DNA of 64,000 nt, taken from Takakia lepidozioides. Taxonomy: Eukaryota; Plantae; Bryophyta. The notes under the pieces are model-generated. The model was not told the DNA's origin. It did not search any database and was given only the letters and a program-made list of their open reading frames with translations. The stretch covers positions 33,480,001 to 33,544,000 of the forward strand of contig CM060733.1 of NCBI GenBank assembly GCA_030704615.1. The letters run 5' to 3'. This document shows, piece after piece, positions 35,990 through 47,361 of the stretch (the stretch's first letter is position 1; each line of letters begins with the position of its first letter). Position numbers and translations under genes: made by a program.

Positions 35990-37360
35990 AGACGATATAT
36001 GGCGGTTCCTGAGGGCTTACAGGAATTGCTTTGCCTTCAGTTTGAAGGACTTGGGAGCACTGAAGGGTCAAGAGATCCGTATTGAGTTGGCCACTGACAC
36101 GCCAATCTTTCGGAGACCCTATAGATACAGTGACATGGAGAGATCTTTGATTCAGATGAGGACTCAAGATCTCTGGGAGGCAGGTTTGGTGGAGCTCTCT
36201 GGTGGAGAGTATGCTTCAGCCACAGTGATGCCAGCCAAGAAGGATGTCTATGGCAATTGGACGGAGAGACGTATGTGGGGTGATTACCGGCCTGTAAATC
36301 GTCAGACCAAGTCCGATAAGTATGCCATGCCAACACCAGAGGAGATCTTTGATGCCATCGGGCATGCTAAGGTCTTTAGCACTTTGGATTTACGATCCGG
36401 ATATACTAATCAAGGAGGCGGACAAGCAGAAGACGACATTCTGGGGGATCAATGAGCACGGCAAGGATTGCCTATATCAGTGGCGGTTCTTACCATTTGG
36501 GCTTAAGAATGCTCCTGCAGAGTTTCAGAGAGTCATGGATAGGATTCTAGCAGGGGTGGACTTTGCTCGGTGCTACATAGATGACATCATCATCTTTAGT
36601 GTTACGGTGGAGGAGCATGAGAGACACCTTCAGGTGGTATTGGAGCGCTTGAGAGCGCACGGATTGAAGTTGCATCCGGGGAAGTGCAAGTTTTTCCACA
36701 ACCAGATTGAGTATCTGGGTCACATGATATATCCTGGAGGATTGGGGGTACAGCAGACTAAGGTAGAGGCCATTGCACAAATTCCACGCCCCACGGATGT
36801 GAGCCGAGTTCGAGCTTTCATGGGGTTGGCAAACTATTATAGACGGTTTGTCAAGGGATTTAGTACTATTGCAAAGGCTCTAACCAAGCTGACCAAGGTG
36901 GACCAGGAGTGGCAGTGGGAAGATGAGCAGGAACGAAATTTTCAAGAGCTCAAGGCGAGGTTGACCTCGGCGCCTATCCTGAGACGACTGGGCGTCCCTT
37001 TCAGCTGCATACGGATTGGAGCATGCTGGGGCTTGGAGCGGTGCTCACACAGGTGGATGATGAGGGAAGAGAGTTCGTAGTGGCTTATGCTAGCCGCTCG
37101 AACAACGCTGCAGAAGCTAAGTACAGCTCATATGAAGGAGAGTGCTTAGCTGCAGTGTGGGCCGTGGCACACTTCAGGTGCTATCTATACGACAATCTTT
37201 TCACCCTTGTCACGGATCACCAGCCACTCAAGTGGTTGATGGAGTCAGACAAGCTTACGGGGAAGCTTGCACGGTGGGCACTCATACTCCAGGAGTATGA
37301 CTTTCAGTTGTGCATCGACCGGGTTTGGTCAATCGGGATGCGGATGGATTGAGTCGCAAT
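35990..37360 (+). pseudogene. pol: Reverse transcriptase and RNase H
   Basis: GDYRPVN, LDLRSGY, LPFGLKNAPAEFQR, CYIDD, FMGLANYYRRF, HTDWS, ECLAAVW, TDHQPL; frameshifts. Confidence 0.95.
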
Positions 37361-37749
37361 CCATGCACGAGCCAGCAGGATGACACTGGAGCTCGGTGGC
37401 ATGGTGAGACGGACGAGGAGATGGTGCCGGGATGGCACGCATCTGCATTTTTGTGTATCTTGGCATCGGGAGGTCAGGTTGGACCTACAACATGGATGAC
37501 TGTAGACGGAGTGTCTGAGGACCCTGAGGCTAGTGATGAGCCAGGTGGTGCCAGAGATATACATGAGGATTCGGCTGTGTTGGACTACCTCCGCACGGGA
37601 GACACGGCAGCCACTGTGACTGCCAGGGAGAGGGATCGGATCCTGCAACGAGCCAAGAGGTTCAAGTGGGAGGGGATACACCTACTTCGAGTGTGGGAGG
37701 ATGGTCGAGTGAGGATTGTGCCTCACCCCACACAGCGTGCACGGTTAGT

Positions 37750-39000
37750 GCGGCATGCCCATGAGGAGTTGGGGCATTTTGGAGTGCGACGCACTCACAG
37801 TTTACTGCAGGGGCAGTATTGGTGGCGTGGTATGCATACAGAGGTGCAACAGTTCGTGGTTAGGTGCATGGTGTGTGACAGGGTGCGTGCTTCATTCAAC
37901 GCCCCTACACCACAGTTGCATCTTTTACCAATCATGGGATTGGGCTACAGGTGGAGTCTTGACTTCGCAGGACCGTTGCCACTGACTATGCGCCACCACA
38001 GATATGTGTTGGTGATGGTGGAGCACTTCTCCAAGTGGATTGAGTTGGTTCCATTGCCTGACAAGGCTAGTGAGGGGGCTGCGTATGCATTCTTGGATCG
38101 TGTGCTTAGCCATTTGGTGCTCCAGCTGAGGTACTCACGGACCAAGGGAGAGAGTTCTTGGGGGAGTTTCAGGCTTTGTGTGATAAAGCCTTGATAGACC
38201 ACCGCACCACTTCTCGGGATCATCCTGAGGCCGATGGCTTGGCAGAGAGAGTTGTTCAGACGGTGAAGAGGGATTTGTGCAAGTATGGCTTGCAGAAGGG
38301 ACACCTAGGAGATTGGGATCTTCAGGTTCCTTGGTTAGCCATGGGCTACAGGTTCAGCAAACAAGCATCACTTGCCTCCTTCTCACCATATTTCCTTCTC
38401 TTTGGCCGAGAGCCGGATTTGCCTACAGCCATTCGTAGGGACACTGCTCAAGTCCTTAACCTTGACGATTCGGACGTGTGGGTACGTGCATGTATTCAGC
38501 GTGCAGAGTTGTTCAAGAAAGTCATGCCCATGGCTTTTGAGAACCTTGCCATTGCACAACACTGTGATACGTTGAGGTATGCCACTATACGTGGTGGAGG
38601 ATATCGTCTTGGGGTTCGGAGGTTTAGCCCTGGTGACTATGTTTATTTGCAGCAGACTGCTTCTACGACTCTGGATGTTACTGCAGGGCGTGTTATTTTG
38701 AGGGTTCGAGAGGTGTTGCCCTCAAGGGTCTTGATCTTGGAGGGTCGGGATGGCATGACTTGGAAGGACCATGTGCGTAATTGTGCGCCATATCACCTTC
38801 CCAATGTCGATGGCAGAGTTCACCCAAACTTGGCAGTGGTACCTGCAGGTTTGAGGTGCATGCTCTGTGGGTCTGCCAAAGGGGCAGCCACCATGCTGGT
38901 GTGTGATCGATGCTCAAGGGGTTGGCATATGGGATGCTTGACTCCACCTCTTGAGAAGGTTCCTGACGGAGATTGGTTGTGTCCACACTGCTTGGGATAG
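37750..39000 (+). pseudogene. DDE integrase with C-terminal PHD finger
   Basis: HEELGH...CMVC, SLDFAGP, LTDQGREF, ADGLAER; PHD CMLC..MLVCDRCSRGWHMGCLTPPLEKVPDGDWLCPHC (C4HC3). Confidence 0.93.
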
Positions 39001-39258
39001 TGGCAGTGGACATGACTGGAGGCAGCTAACAAGACATGGGAGGCCAAGCTCATAGGAGTCAATACATGAGATCCCAAGCTCAAGTTCACAGGTTGCAAGA
39101 CGGCGACTAACGATGGGGCAACTCTTGCACCCGACCTCTTGATCTATCGAGTTTGAGTGTAGTAGGGATAGTGGTGGAGGACTTAGTGAGGCTATGGTCA
39201 GTATCACATCTTGTGGCTACCTGGACTTAGAGGGACCTAAGCACTAGCTAGGGGGACG

Positions 39259-39447
39259 ATTGTGTGGACTAGTGACTGCCATAGTGGGCAGTATAGTGGC
39301 AGCCTAGTGACTGACTAGTTGTAGCCTAGTGGTTGGACTAGTGGCTGGACTAGTGGTGGACTAGTGATATACTAGTGTGTGGCGTGCACATGTGTTGTGT
39401 GGTTTTGGACAGCGATGTAGTGTGTAGCGATATGTATGCGCATGACA
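39259..39447 (+). repeat. Repeat B1 (internal)
   Basis: Direct copy of 39756-39945 (about 3 substitutions, 1 indel); rich in ACTAGT/TAGTGG. Confidence 0.95.
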
Positions 39448-39449
39448 GC

Positions 39450-39754
39450 TGTCAAGTTATTTTACCACTAGTGTGAAACTAGCTAGGAAATAGCTAGCTT
39501 TTACATATTGACATTTGGGATTGGCCCAAGTGTCAATCCAGGGGTCAAGGCAGATTTAGGCCCTGGAGTGGTTATCTTCACGGCAAGCGCGGGAGGCTCA
39601 TCGAGCCTCACCGCGCCTAGCTATGGCGCCGTAGTGTGGATTCCCCATGGCGTGGGGTGCACTTTGCTTGACTTGTATTTGAGTGATGAGGTTATATATG
39701 CATGAGTTTATGCTTCAGATTTGTGAGCTCGTGCTTGTATTATTCTTCTTTATC
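39450..39754 (+). repeat. Repeat A2
   Basis: Copy of A1, joined to B1 by the dinucleotide GC. Confidence 0.95.
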
Positions 39755-39755
39755 T

Positions 39756-39945
39756 ATTGTGTGGACTAGTGACTGCCATAGTGGGCAGCATAGTGGCAGC
39801 CTAGTGACTGACTAGTTGTAGCCTAGTGGTTGGACTAGTGGCTGGACTAGTGGTGGACTAGTGATATACTAGTGTGTGGTGTGCACATGTGTTGTGTGGT
39901 TTTGGACAGCGATGTAGTTGTGTAGCGATATGTATGCGCACGACA
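39756..39945 (+). repeat. Repeat B2 (3' terminal)
   Basis: Copy of B1; ends GACA followed by the TSD TCCC. Confidence 0.95.
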
Positions 39946-40494
39946 TCCCTTTCACAATTTATCCACTTGCAGAAGTAGTGGATGTACGCACACTGGCAGC
40001 ATCTGACATTCTGCATTTGAACAGTTCCCATTGTACACGTTGATGGTCTTCGACGAGTGGCTTAACGGTATACCAGTTGCGTACATCATATGCGCGCGTG
40101 AGCGGACAGCAGACATGGTGCCGTGGATGGCAGCCTTGCGGGACTCTCTCCTCGCAGAAATGCCGGACTGGCGACCCAATGCCTTCATTGTGGACGATGC
40201 CGACGCCGAAATAAACGCCATTACGTAAGTTTCATGTACCCTCCTGTACACTCGCGTGCAAGTCCGTCGTCTGCTTCCATTGTCTGTCTCTTCGGCAAGT
40301 CCCCTGCCATACAACGCAGTCTTGGCTGCAAGTCCGGCCCATTCATTTCTGCAAGTCTCCTGACAAATCAGTCCGCTGGTAATGTCCTCTAGCGAAGTCC
40401 GCTGGAAGACTCACTTGCGCAAGTACGCTGCAAGGTCAGTCTGCTCGGGTGTGCTGCCAGCAATGTTTGGGTAAGTCTGTTGCCGGTCTCCTAA

Positions 40495-40995
40495 GGGCAA
40501 GTCCGCTGGCAGACCAGTCCGCCGGAGGGGACTGTTCGCAAGCAGTCCGCTGCAAGACTCACGTGCGCCAGTTTGCTGCGACCTCAGTCTGGTCCAGCAA
40601 GTCCGCTGGCAAGCAGGTCCACCGGAGGGGACTGTTCGCAAGCAGTCCGTTGCAAAACTCACGTGCGCCAGTTTGTTGCGACCTCAGTCTGGTCGAGCAA
40701 GTCCGCTCGCAGGCGAGTCCGCCGGATGGAACTGTTTGCAAGCAGTCTGCTGCAAGACTCACGTGCGCCAGTCTACTGCGACCTCACTCTGGTCCAGCAA
40801 GTCCGCTGGTAGGCAGGTCCGCCGGAGGGGACTGTTCGCAAGCAGTCCGCTGCAAGACTCACGTGCGCCAGTCTACTGCGACCTCACTCTGGTCCGCTGG
40901 CAGACGAGTCCGCCGGAGGGGACTGTTCGGAAGTCTGCTGGCAACCCAGTCCGGTCGGGATGCCCTCTGGCCAAGTCCGTTGCAAGACTCACTTA
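40495..40995 (+). repeat. 100-bp tandem repeat (~5 copies) in a MULE transposase intron
   Basis: GTCCGCT(G/C)G at 40501, 40601, 40701, 40801 and ~40892. Confidence 0.9.
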
Positions 40996-42569
40996 CGTAA
41001 GTCCACTGCGAGGTCAGCGTGGTCACGTTTGCTGGCAGTGTCGTGAGGGCAACACTCATGGCAGGTCAGAGTGGGCGAGTCTGCTGCCTGAACAAATCCG
41101 TTTGGAACAAACGGGCAGACTAGTCAACTAGACAGTCTACTGGGTTAGTGCCCAAATCCACCGGCAAGTCCTCTTTGAAGTCTCTCATGTGGGCATGTGT
41201 ACTTTGCAGGGCTGTTTTTTGAGGAGTGCTAATTTTCCTGTGCCTTTGGCATGTCCGGCGGGCTTGGATGAAGCAATCATGCACGAAAACCAAAGATCCT
41301 ATCACTGCCGCAAACTTGCTGAAAGATATGGGAGACCTCATGTACTGTAGAGGTGGACCAATCAATCCCAAAGAAGGTCTTGCATGGGTAGCAACAACGC
41401 TCCGACGCATGAGAAAGAAATATCCGAATGGGCATGAATTTCTGGACTACATCGATAAGGAATGGCGTCCTAAAATAGCAATGTGGTGTACAGCAGCTTG
41501 CCATGTTCCGCATGCTAGTCAAGACACCAATGCTAGCATTGAGGCATACCATGGAAACTTGAAGGCAAGACTGAGGATGGGGAAAGGCAAATGACTGGGC
41601 GTAGAGTGGATTGGCTCATATGGGAACTCACAGGCCGTGTGCTAACACACTACTGGTATGCAATTCACCTAAAGACGCACGGATTCATAAGGAATGTCAA
41701 ACAGGAGAAGTACATGTCCAGTTCTGTGCTTGCGGCACGCGATATCCCAGCTTGCAATGTCACTCTTCCGTTCTATCCTAGGCAACCAGCCTATGTTCTA
41801 AGCACCAATCACCCAAACACAATTTACATTGTTTACAACCCCGGATGCGAATGGGCTTCTTGCACTTGCCCATGGGCAATGAAGGGCAATTTGTGCAAGC
41901 ATCAAGTCCGAGTCCTGAAGTTGCTTCATCCACACTTGCAGGATGGACTCATAGTGCGCGCTTGTGGCACGGCGCTGGGAACCATTCATGGAGGATTGCA
42001 TAATGTGTTTAGGGTTCATGCAAGTGTCGGCGACGAAGAGGGTTTGGGAAATGCAACAGAGGGCCCTTCCACAGATGACTTCCCCTATGATGCAGAGCCT
42101 ATCCTCGTACCATCCTCCATGGATGAAGAATTTGCAGACATACTTCGCATTGTTGGGGACGACAAATACCTGCAGAAACATGTGTTGTCTTCTCTTCGTA
42201 TCTGTAGGGGGCAGCTTGTTGATATTCTCGCCAAGAGTGCTACAAGAATGCTGCACCCTGCGGCAGCAAAGAACTTCCGTCCTGTAAATGACAACAACAA
42301 TATGTCGCTGAAAAGGAAACGAGATTTTGTTGAGGCATGGAAAACGCGACCCAGGGTCTTACACAAAACAGGGAAGAAGGTTGGTGCCCCAACACCTGTA
42401 GCACACATATACTCCACAATCCGGAGAGTCACAGACCGTATACCAGTTTTAAAGTAGAGTAGGAAATGTAAGAAATGGTACAGTATCATTCTCCCCATGA
42501 AATAAAATTTCGGTGGTACGATTGCATGTGCACCAGACGTCCAACCTGCCTGCCAACCAGCCTGGTAAA

Positions 42570-42705
42570 CCAGTCTTCTGGCGTCTGAACCAGTCTGCTC
42601 AATCAGTCTTCTACCGTCTGATCTAGTCTGCTCAACCAGTCTTCTGGTGTCTGAACTAGTCTGCTCAACCACTCTTCTGGTATCTGAACCAGTCTGCTGT
42701 ACCAG
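42570..42705 (+). repeat. 33-bp tandem repeat (x4) between the convergent MULE genes
   Basis: CCAGTCTTCTGGYGTCTGAACYAGTCTGCTCAA units. Confidence 0.8.
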
Positions 42706-43351
42706 GCTGGGACTCAGTCTTCAAACAGTCTGCTGTGCCAGCCTTCTCCTGAGCAGACCAGTCTCCCGGTTCTGAACGTGCCTGCACCTGGCTGACCAGT
42801 GAGCCTCATGCGGTCTGCCCATCAGACTGGCCATTCTCAGCACGGTGGACTCTCTTACTCTGCTGACCAGACTTGGCAGTCTACTGGCCAATGCCATCCG
42901 CCTGTACTATACCACTCCGGTGACTCTCGACAGTCTGCTCACCAGTGCAGACTCTTGGTTCCCAATCGCATCTGTCAGTCTGCCGGACTGGTCCCAACTC
43001 CTCAGTTTGTCGGACTCTCGTCAGTCTGGCGACATTGCCATCTGTCTGCTCACAAGCCTAGGCATACCCTCTTCCCGTACTCTGGCAGTCTGCTACTCTC
43101 GGCTGTTTGCTGACCAGTAGATTCCCTTGGTATGTTAAACAAAATGATTGTGTGTGCATAGGTAAGTCCGCTTAACAACATGCAATGAATTGGTCACAAA
43201 TCTACAGCGACTACTCCACACTGCACTCATATGCGACCAATAGGATGTGTATACAAAGTCATATTTTATTTCGTTGCAAAAGCTCAAAAACATGCTTACA
43301 TGACAAATACGTCCTATGGTGCACCTCTAAATCTCGGACCCAGATGGATAT

Positions 43352-44427
43352 CTATGAGGATACTGCTTTCTCAGCAGCACTCAAACCAGTCATGATGTAC
43401 TTAAGACACTGCATCCGTTGGCCAAGTGCAAACTTGAACGTAAACCAGTGTTTCGTGAAAGGTACTCCTCTCTCTGCCCTTTTAGAAGAGGTTCGAGTAT
43501 GCCCAGTTTGTAGCCATTCATAATATCCTTGGATGAAGGACATGACGTAAAACCCGCATTCCCAGCTGAATGGCTGTTGGGGCACTTCAGGCTGGTTGAA
43601 CTGAAATGCCCTAACCTCCTCCCAACCCGGTGAATCAACACTGTAGCCTAAACACTCCGCATGCAGCTTCCGTATCCATGACAAAACATATGGGCAACCA
43701 TGCAAAGACTCGATGGAGTTCATGTGAGTGTAGCAACCTTTCCGCACATCGATGACAACAACACTCCAGTGCGCCCTGCAAGACAAATCTCATGAGTCTC
43801 ACGGCAGCAGTCCACTCAGCAGACCACTCCAATTGCCTCTCCAGCAGACTCTACAAACTCCCACACTGCACGGGTTCCACTACACCGACTCGGCAGAGTC
43901 ACGACTCAACAGACTCAGAAGACTCATCACCCAGCAGACTCGGCATAATGAGGCGATGGCGATGTCAGGTCATGCACATCTTGCATTGAAACATCCGAAC
44001 CCACCCCATACCGTGCGCGCACCTCCGCCAAAGTGCGGGCCTTTGGATTTGCGCCACGAAGTCTGGCGGTGGCCGCATTCACCACCCTCATTGAACTTTG
44101 AACTGGCCACGGCTTGAAGCCAGGTGGGATATAGCGCTTGTTTTTGCAACCCGTGTCAACACAATGGCGGTTTAGCTGCACTTTGTCCTTGATAATTTCA
44201 CTACAGAAGGGACAGTGGAGCTTATCCTTCTGCCAGTTGGAGTATGCAGGCTTCACTGCGCGGAGGTCTAAGAATGCTTCGACTATTTTCGCATCATACT
44301 CCTCAGGTGAGTACCAGTACCTTCGCTCCTTTAGCCTAGACTTGTGCATGAAATGCAACCAGTCTGCTCCACCCTTTGCACAAGCATCCTCCATGGCTGC
44401 AGAATCAGACAAGAGATGCAGCGGCAA
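43352..44427 (-). pseudogene. Ulp1/C48 SUMO-protease-like gene carried by the MULE (further 5' exons possibly to ~46428)
   Basis: HWSVVVID...MNSI...PQQPFSWECGFYV supplies the His and the Gln/Cys catalytic motifs; the upstream ORF has a CPFC..HC finger-like motif. Confidence 0.75.
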
Positions 44428-46436
44428 TGAGCGACAGACATATTAAGAATAAGAAAGCAGAGAAGGGCGGAAAAGAGAATGGAAAGAAACCAAAGCACAA
44501 AGCACAAAGAGGAAAGCTCACCGGGCAACAGACGACGGTTGTTGCGACGATTCGGTGCTCACGCGACTGTCCGCGCCTCGAAAACCTAACACGCACAAAT
44601 GACCATTGGGAGGTGGATGGGCCCTAAACGAAACAGTGCGAAAGAAGTCGAGCGGGAAATGGACCCTGCATGTGCGGAGTGACGTGGCGAGATTTCACTG
44701 GCGCCCCTTTTTGGCCGCCATCGCATTAAATAGTTGCAGACCCCTCACACGTACTGGCGGTATGCCACTGCACGGACAGTCCAGTAGACGGGATGAGTGG
44801 GACTATCGTCAATCTGTCGTCGTCGCATTCATCAAGTCCAGCAGACTTACTCCTGATGACAAAGACGGCCGAGCAGACCCAGTACCCTCCACAACAGACT
44901 CATATGCCACCGTAAGGATAGACTGACGACTGAGGTTAAGCGGATTGACGAAGAGACTAAGGCGAGTGCGGAGTCTGATGACGTGCCGCGACGTGACTGG
45001 GCCTCCTTACCGCCGTCGCTACATTTATTGCGTCCAGCAGACTTAAACCTAATGACATAACGGCCGAACAGACCCACTGCAAACAAACTTGCGCAACAAC
45101 AGACTCGTATGCCACTGCACGGACAGTCCAGTAGACGGAAGGTTCAACAGACTGACGAAGAGACTGGCGCAGAGTAATTTGCGCGACAACAGACTGATTT
45201 CTAATAGACTAATACCCCAAAAGACAAAGTATCCCCTAGGTGGCCGGGTGATACGAGAGTAAATCGTAAACCGCGTCCAGCAAACTTACACGTGATAATA
45301 ATCACGGCTCAACATACCCAGCGCAAACAGACTTGCGCCACAGTAGACTGACTTTGTGACAGTCCAGCTGACTGATATAAGAAGAGACGGACAGACTAGC
45401 AGTCCGACGGCTCAGCAGACTCACGACAATGCGGATAATTAAAAGGTAGTAGTTAAACGGACTTATATCCGAAGAGACGGACTTCCAGCTGACCGACGGT
45501 TCAACAGACTGACGAGAGAAGACACTTCGGAATTCGGCAGGCAGTGACGGCCCAGTAGTCCAGTGAAGAACAAACTCACGCCACACCAGACTTGTATCCT
45601 TACAGACCAACAGTCTAGCAGACCAGACTGATATCGCATCAGAACCACGCTTGGTGTCGCCGTCATGCCGTGGTTGCATTTCATCCGTCCAACAGACTTG
45701 CATATGCCCATACTCATGGCACAACACACTGCTTAGAGAAAGTACTGACAAAGACGCAGTCGAAGAGCCTGTTGATCCACGCGCATTTGTAGTCGTAAGG
45801 ACCTCGAACATCCACAAGCAACGTGAATCCACATCTCTCAGGCTACGTCTCCTTTCCCATTGTCCAATTTTCAAGGAGACGGTAGTGGTTGAGATGTGAT
45901 GTTTCAGGAGGTGCATCTGGATGTTTGAGGACCTTCGGACTGGATCCTGTTCCGTTCACACTCTCCGCAGTTCCCAGACATGTGGTGGCAGAGACGTCCT
46001 CCCCTGAACAGTCTCATCGGTGGACATAAATTCTGCAATGTATACACGCCCCCACGTGCATATGCTTCTGCGATTTCCGCTATCGTGTTACCAATGGTTT
46101 CCTGCTCCATACGAAGGAGCTCGGACTCAGAGACACACCACAAACCGTAAACGCATGCAATTTTTCCACATATCGTCCTAAAAAATAAGCACGTCAGCAC
46201 AAAACGAAGGCGAAAATAGTGGAAGCATATGCACGATGGTGGCTGTAGAGCCCCGCCAGCCCTCTCATGTTCAGGCACACCCTTCATCGTCATTAAAATC
46301 GCCATAAACAAGAACAACAGCCGCATGCGTGCAAAGTTACCTCCGCAACATTGGACAACAAAAAGCCGCAAGAACGAGACAACAAGAACGAGTGGGCGAG
46401 TTCGTGGCAGGGTGTTACGATCTTCCATGCCCTAAA

Positions 46437-46750
46437 CATGGATGGCGCGGATGGGTTTCTCAGAATGGACGATCCAGATCCTTCGGCCGGCGCGGACTGG
46501 CAGATTGGGGGGGCAGCAGACGGGCACAGCGGACTGTTGGGTGGACTTGCGGGGACTGGCGTGCACGGCAGACTGGCGGTTTGGTGGACTGAGGGGAACT
46601 GGACTCACGGGCAGCGGACTGGGGGCGGGGCTGCCGCGGGCGCGGCTGGTGGGGCCGCGGCAGCAGGTGGGCTACCGGGGCATCAGTGCGCGGGGCCCAC
46701 CGGTCAGCTCGCGTGCGGCATAACGTCCGAATTATTGTAAAATGAGAGGC
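46437..46750 (-). repeat. MULE right TIR
   Basis: Inverted match to 26557-26898. Confidence 0.9.
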
Positions 46751-46959
46751 AATTTGAAGAGTCTGTTTGGCATGAAACATGGCAGAGAAGCCATGTTATG
46801 TGGCACGGACATGAAGTAGTATGACAAAGCTGAGTATTGTGGTTGTCAGAAAAAGATATGGATTGACAGTCTTGAACTTCAATATTCTTTTTGCTCCCTG
46901 CAATGGTTGGATTTGCAACCGCTGAGGCTGAACTGACCTAGTAAATTTCACATCCAATT

Positions 46960-47200
46960 CCAGTTTGTGTTCCTTGAAACCCGCATACAAAGCCATCTTC
47001 GGCATATCCTCGGCCCAATACATGTTAGCAATGAGGTCTCAAGTCCGCCTGCCAATGCTGAGGCAAATGGACCCCGCCGGAATGCCATCAACACAAATTG
47101 CTCTGAACCAAGGATGGGGATCAAATTACGGAACTGAAATACTCACTGGACTAAATGCTCCATTGCATTTCTGAAGTGTCACCCGTTCAGACGCGATGCC
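46960..47200 (-). pseudogene. GNAT (RimJ/RimL-like) acetyltransferase fragment
   Basis: ERVTL...PHPWFRAICVDGIPAGSI...YW; stops and deletions. Confidence 0.55.
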
Positions 47201-47361
47201 GGCAAGTCGATGTGGCTCGAGCAGAACGTCACCGAAGGCCTTCTTTAATGTGATTCTACTTACATACTGCTATCAGACATATATATATATATATATGCGC
47301 GCTGCAGTAGGCCGTTGAGACAACAGAGCAAAGGTCAGGCAAATAATGGAGAGAGAGCTGT

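Larger units (their letters stand above)
28367..39945 (+). mobile_element. Gypsy-type retroelement with C5 DNA methyltransferase, PHD-integrase and split direct repeats (A-int-B-A-B)
   Basis: Ends TGTC...GACA; TCCC duplicated at 28363-28366 and 39946-39949; domain order gag(2 knuckles)-PR-DNMT-RT-RH-IN-PHD. Confidence 0.93.
27183..42457 (+). pseudogene. MULE-type transposase with SWIM finger; spliced, with intron 2 interrupted by the retroelement
   Basis: IPWDKVDDFLLG / YQCCYGPDD..GCQCCF..FTIGIQTEWQ..FGTNHHK / FPLYTLMVFD..FIVDDADAE / LCLWHVRRAW..TNASIEAYH..CTCPWAMKGNLCKH. The first catalytic Asp appears deleted; there is a stop at ~41220 and frameshifts. Confidence 0.85.
26557..46750 (+). 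mobile_element. Mutator-like (MULE) DNA transposon with long TIRs; about 8.6 kb without the nested retroelement
   Basis: 9-bp TSD AATTTGAAG at 26548-26556 and 46751-46759; both TIRs start GCCTCTCATTTTACAATAATT; convergent transposase and Ulp1-like genes. Confidence 0.93.

Noticed and set aside
28367-39945. DIRS/PAT/Ngaro tyrosine-recombinase element
   Set aside because: The repeat layout fits, but no YR ORF was seen. A DDE integrase, Gypsy-type RT and a TSD are present, and the methyltransferase is C5-type rather than the adenine type found in DIRS elements.
40411-41131. Repetitive ORFs on both strands
   Set aside because: They derive from the 100-bp intronic tandem repeat.
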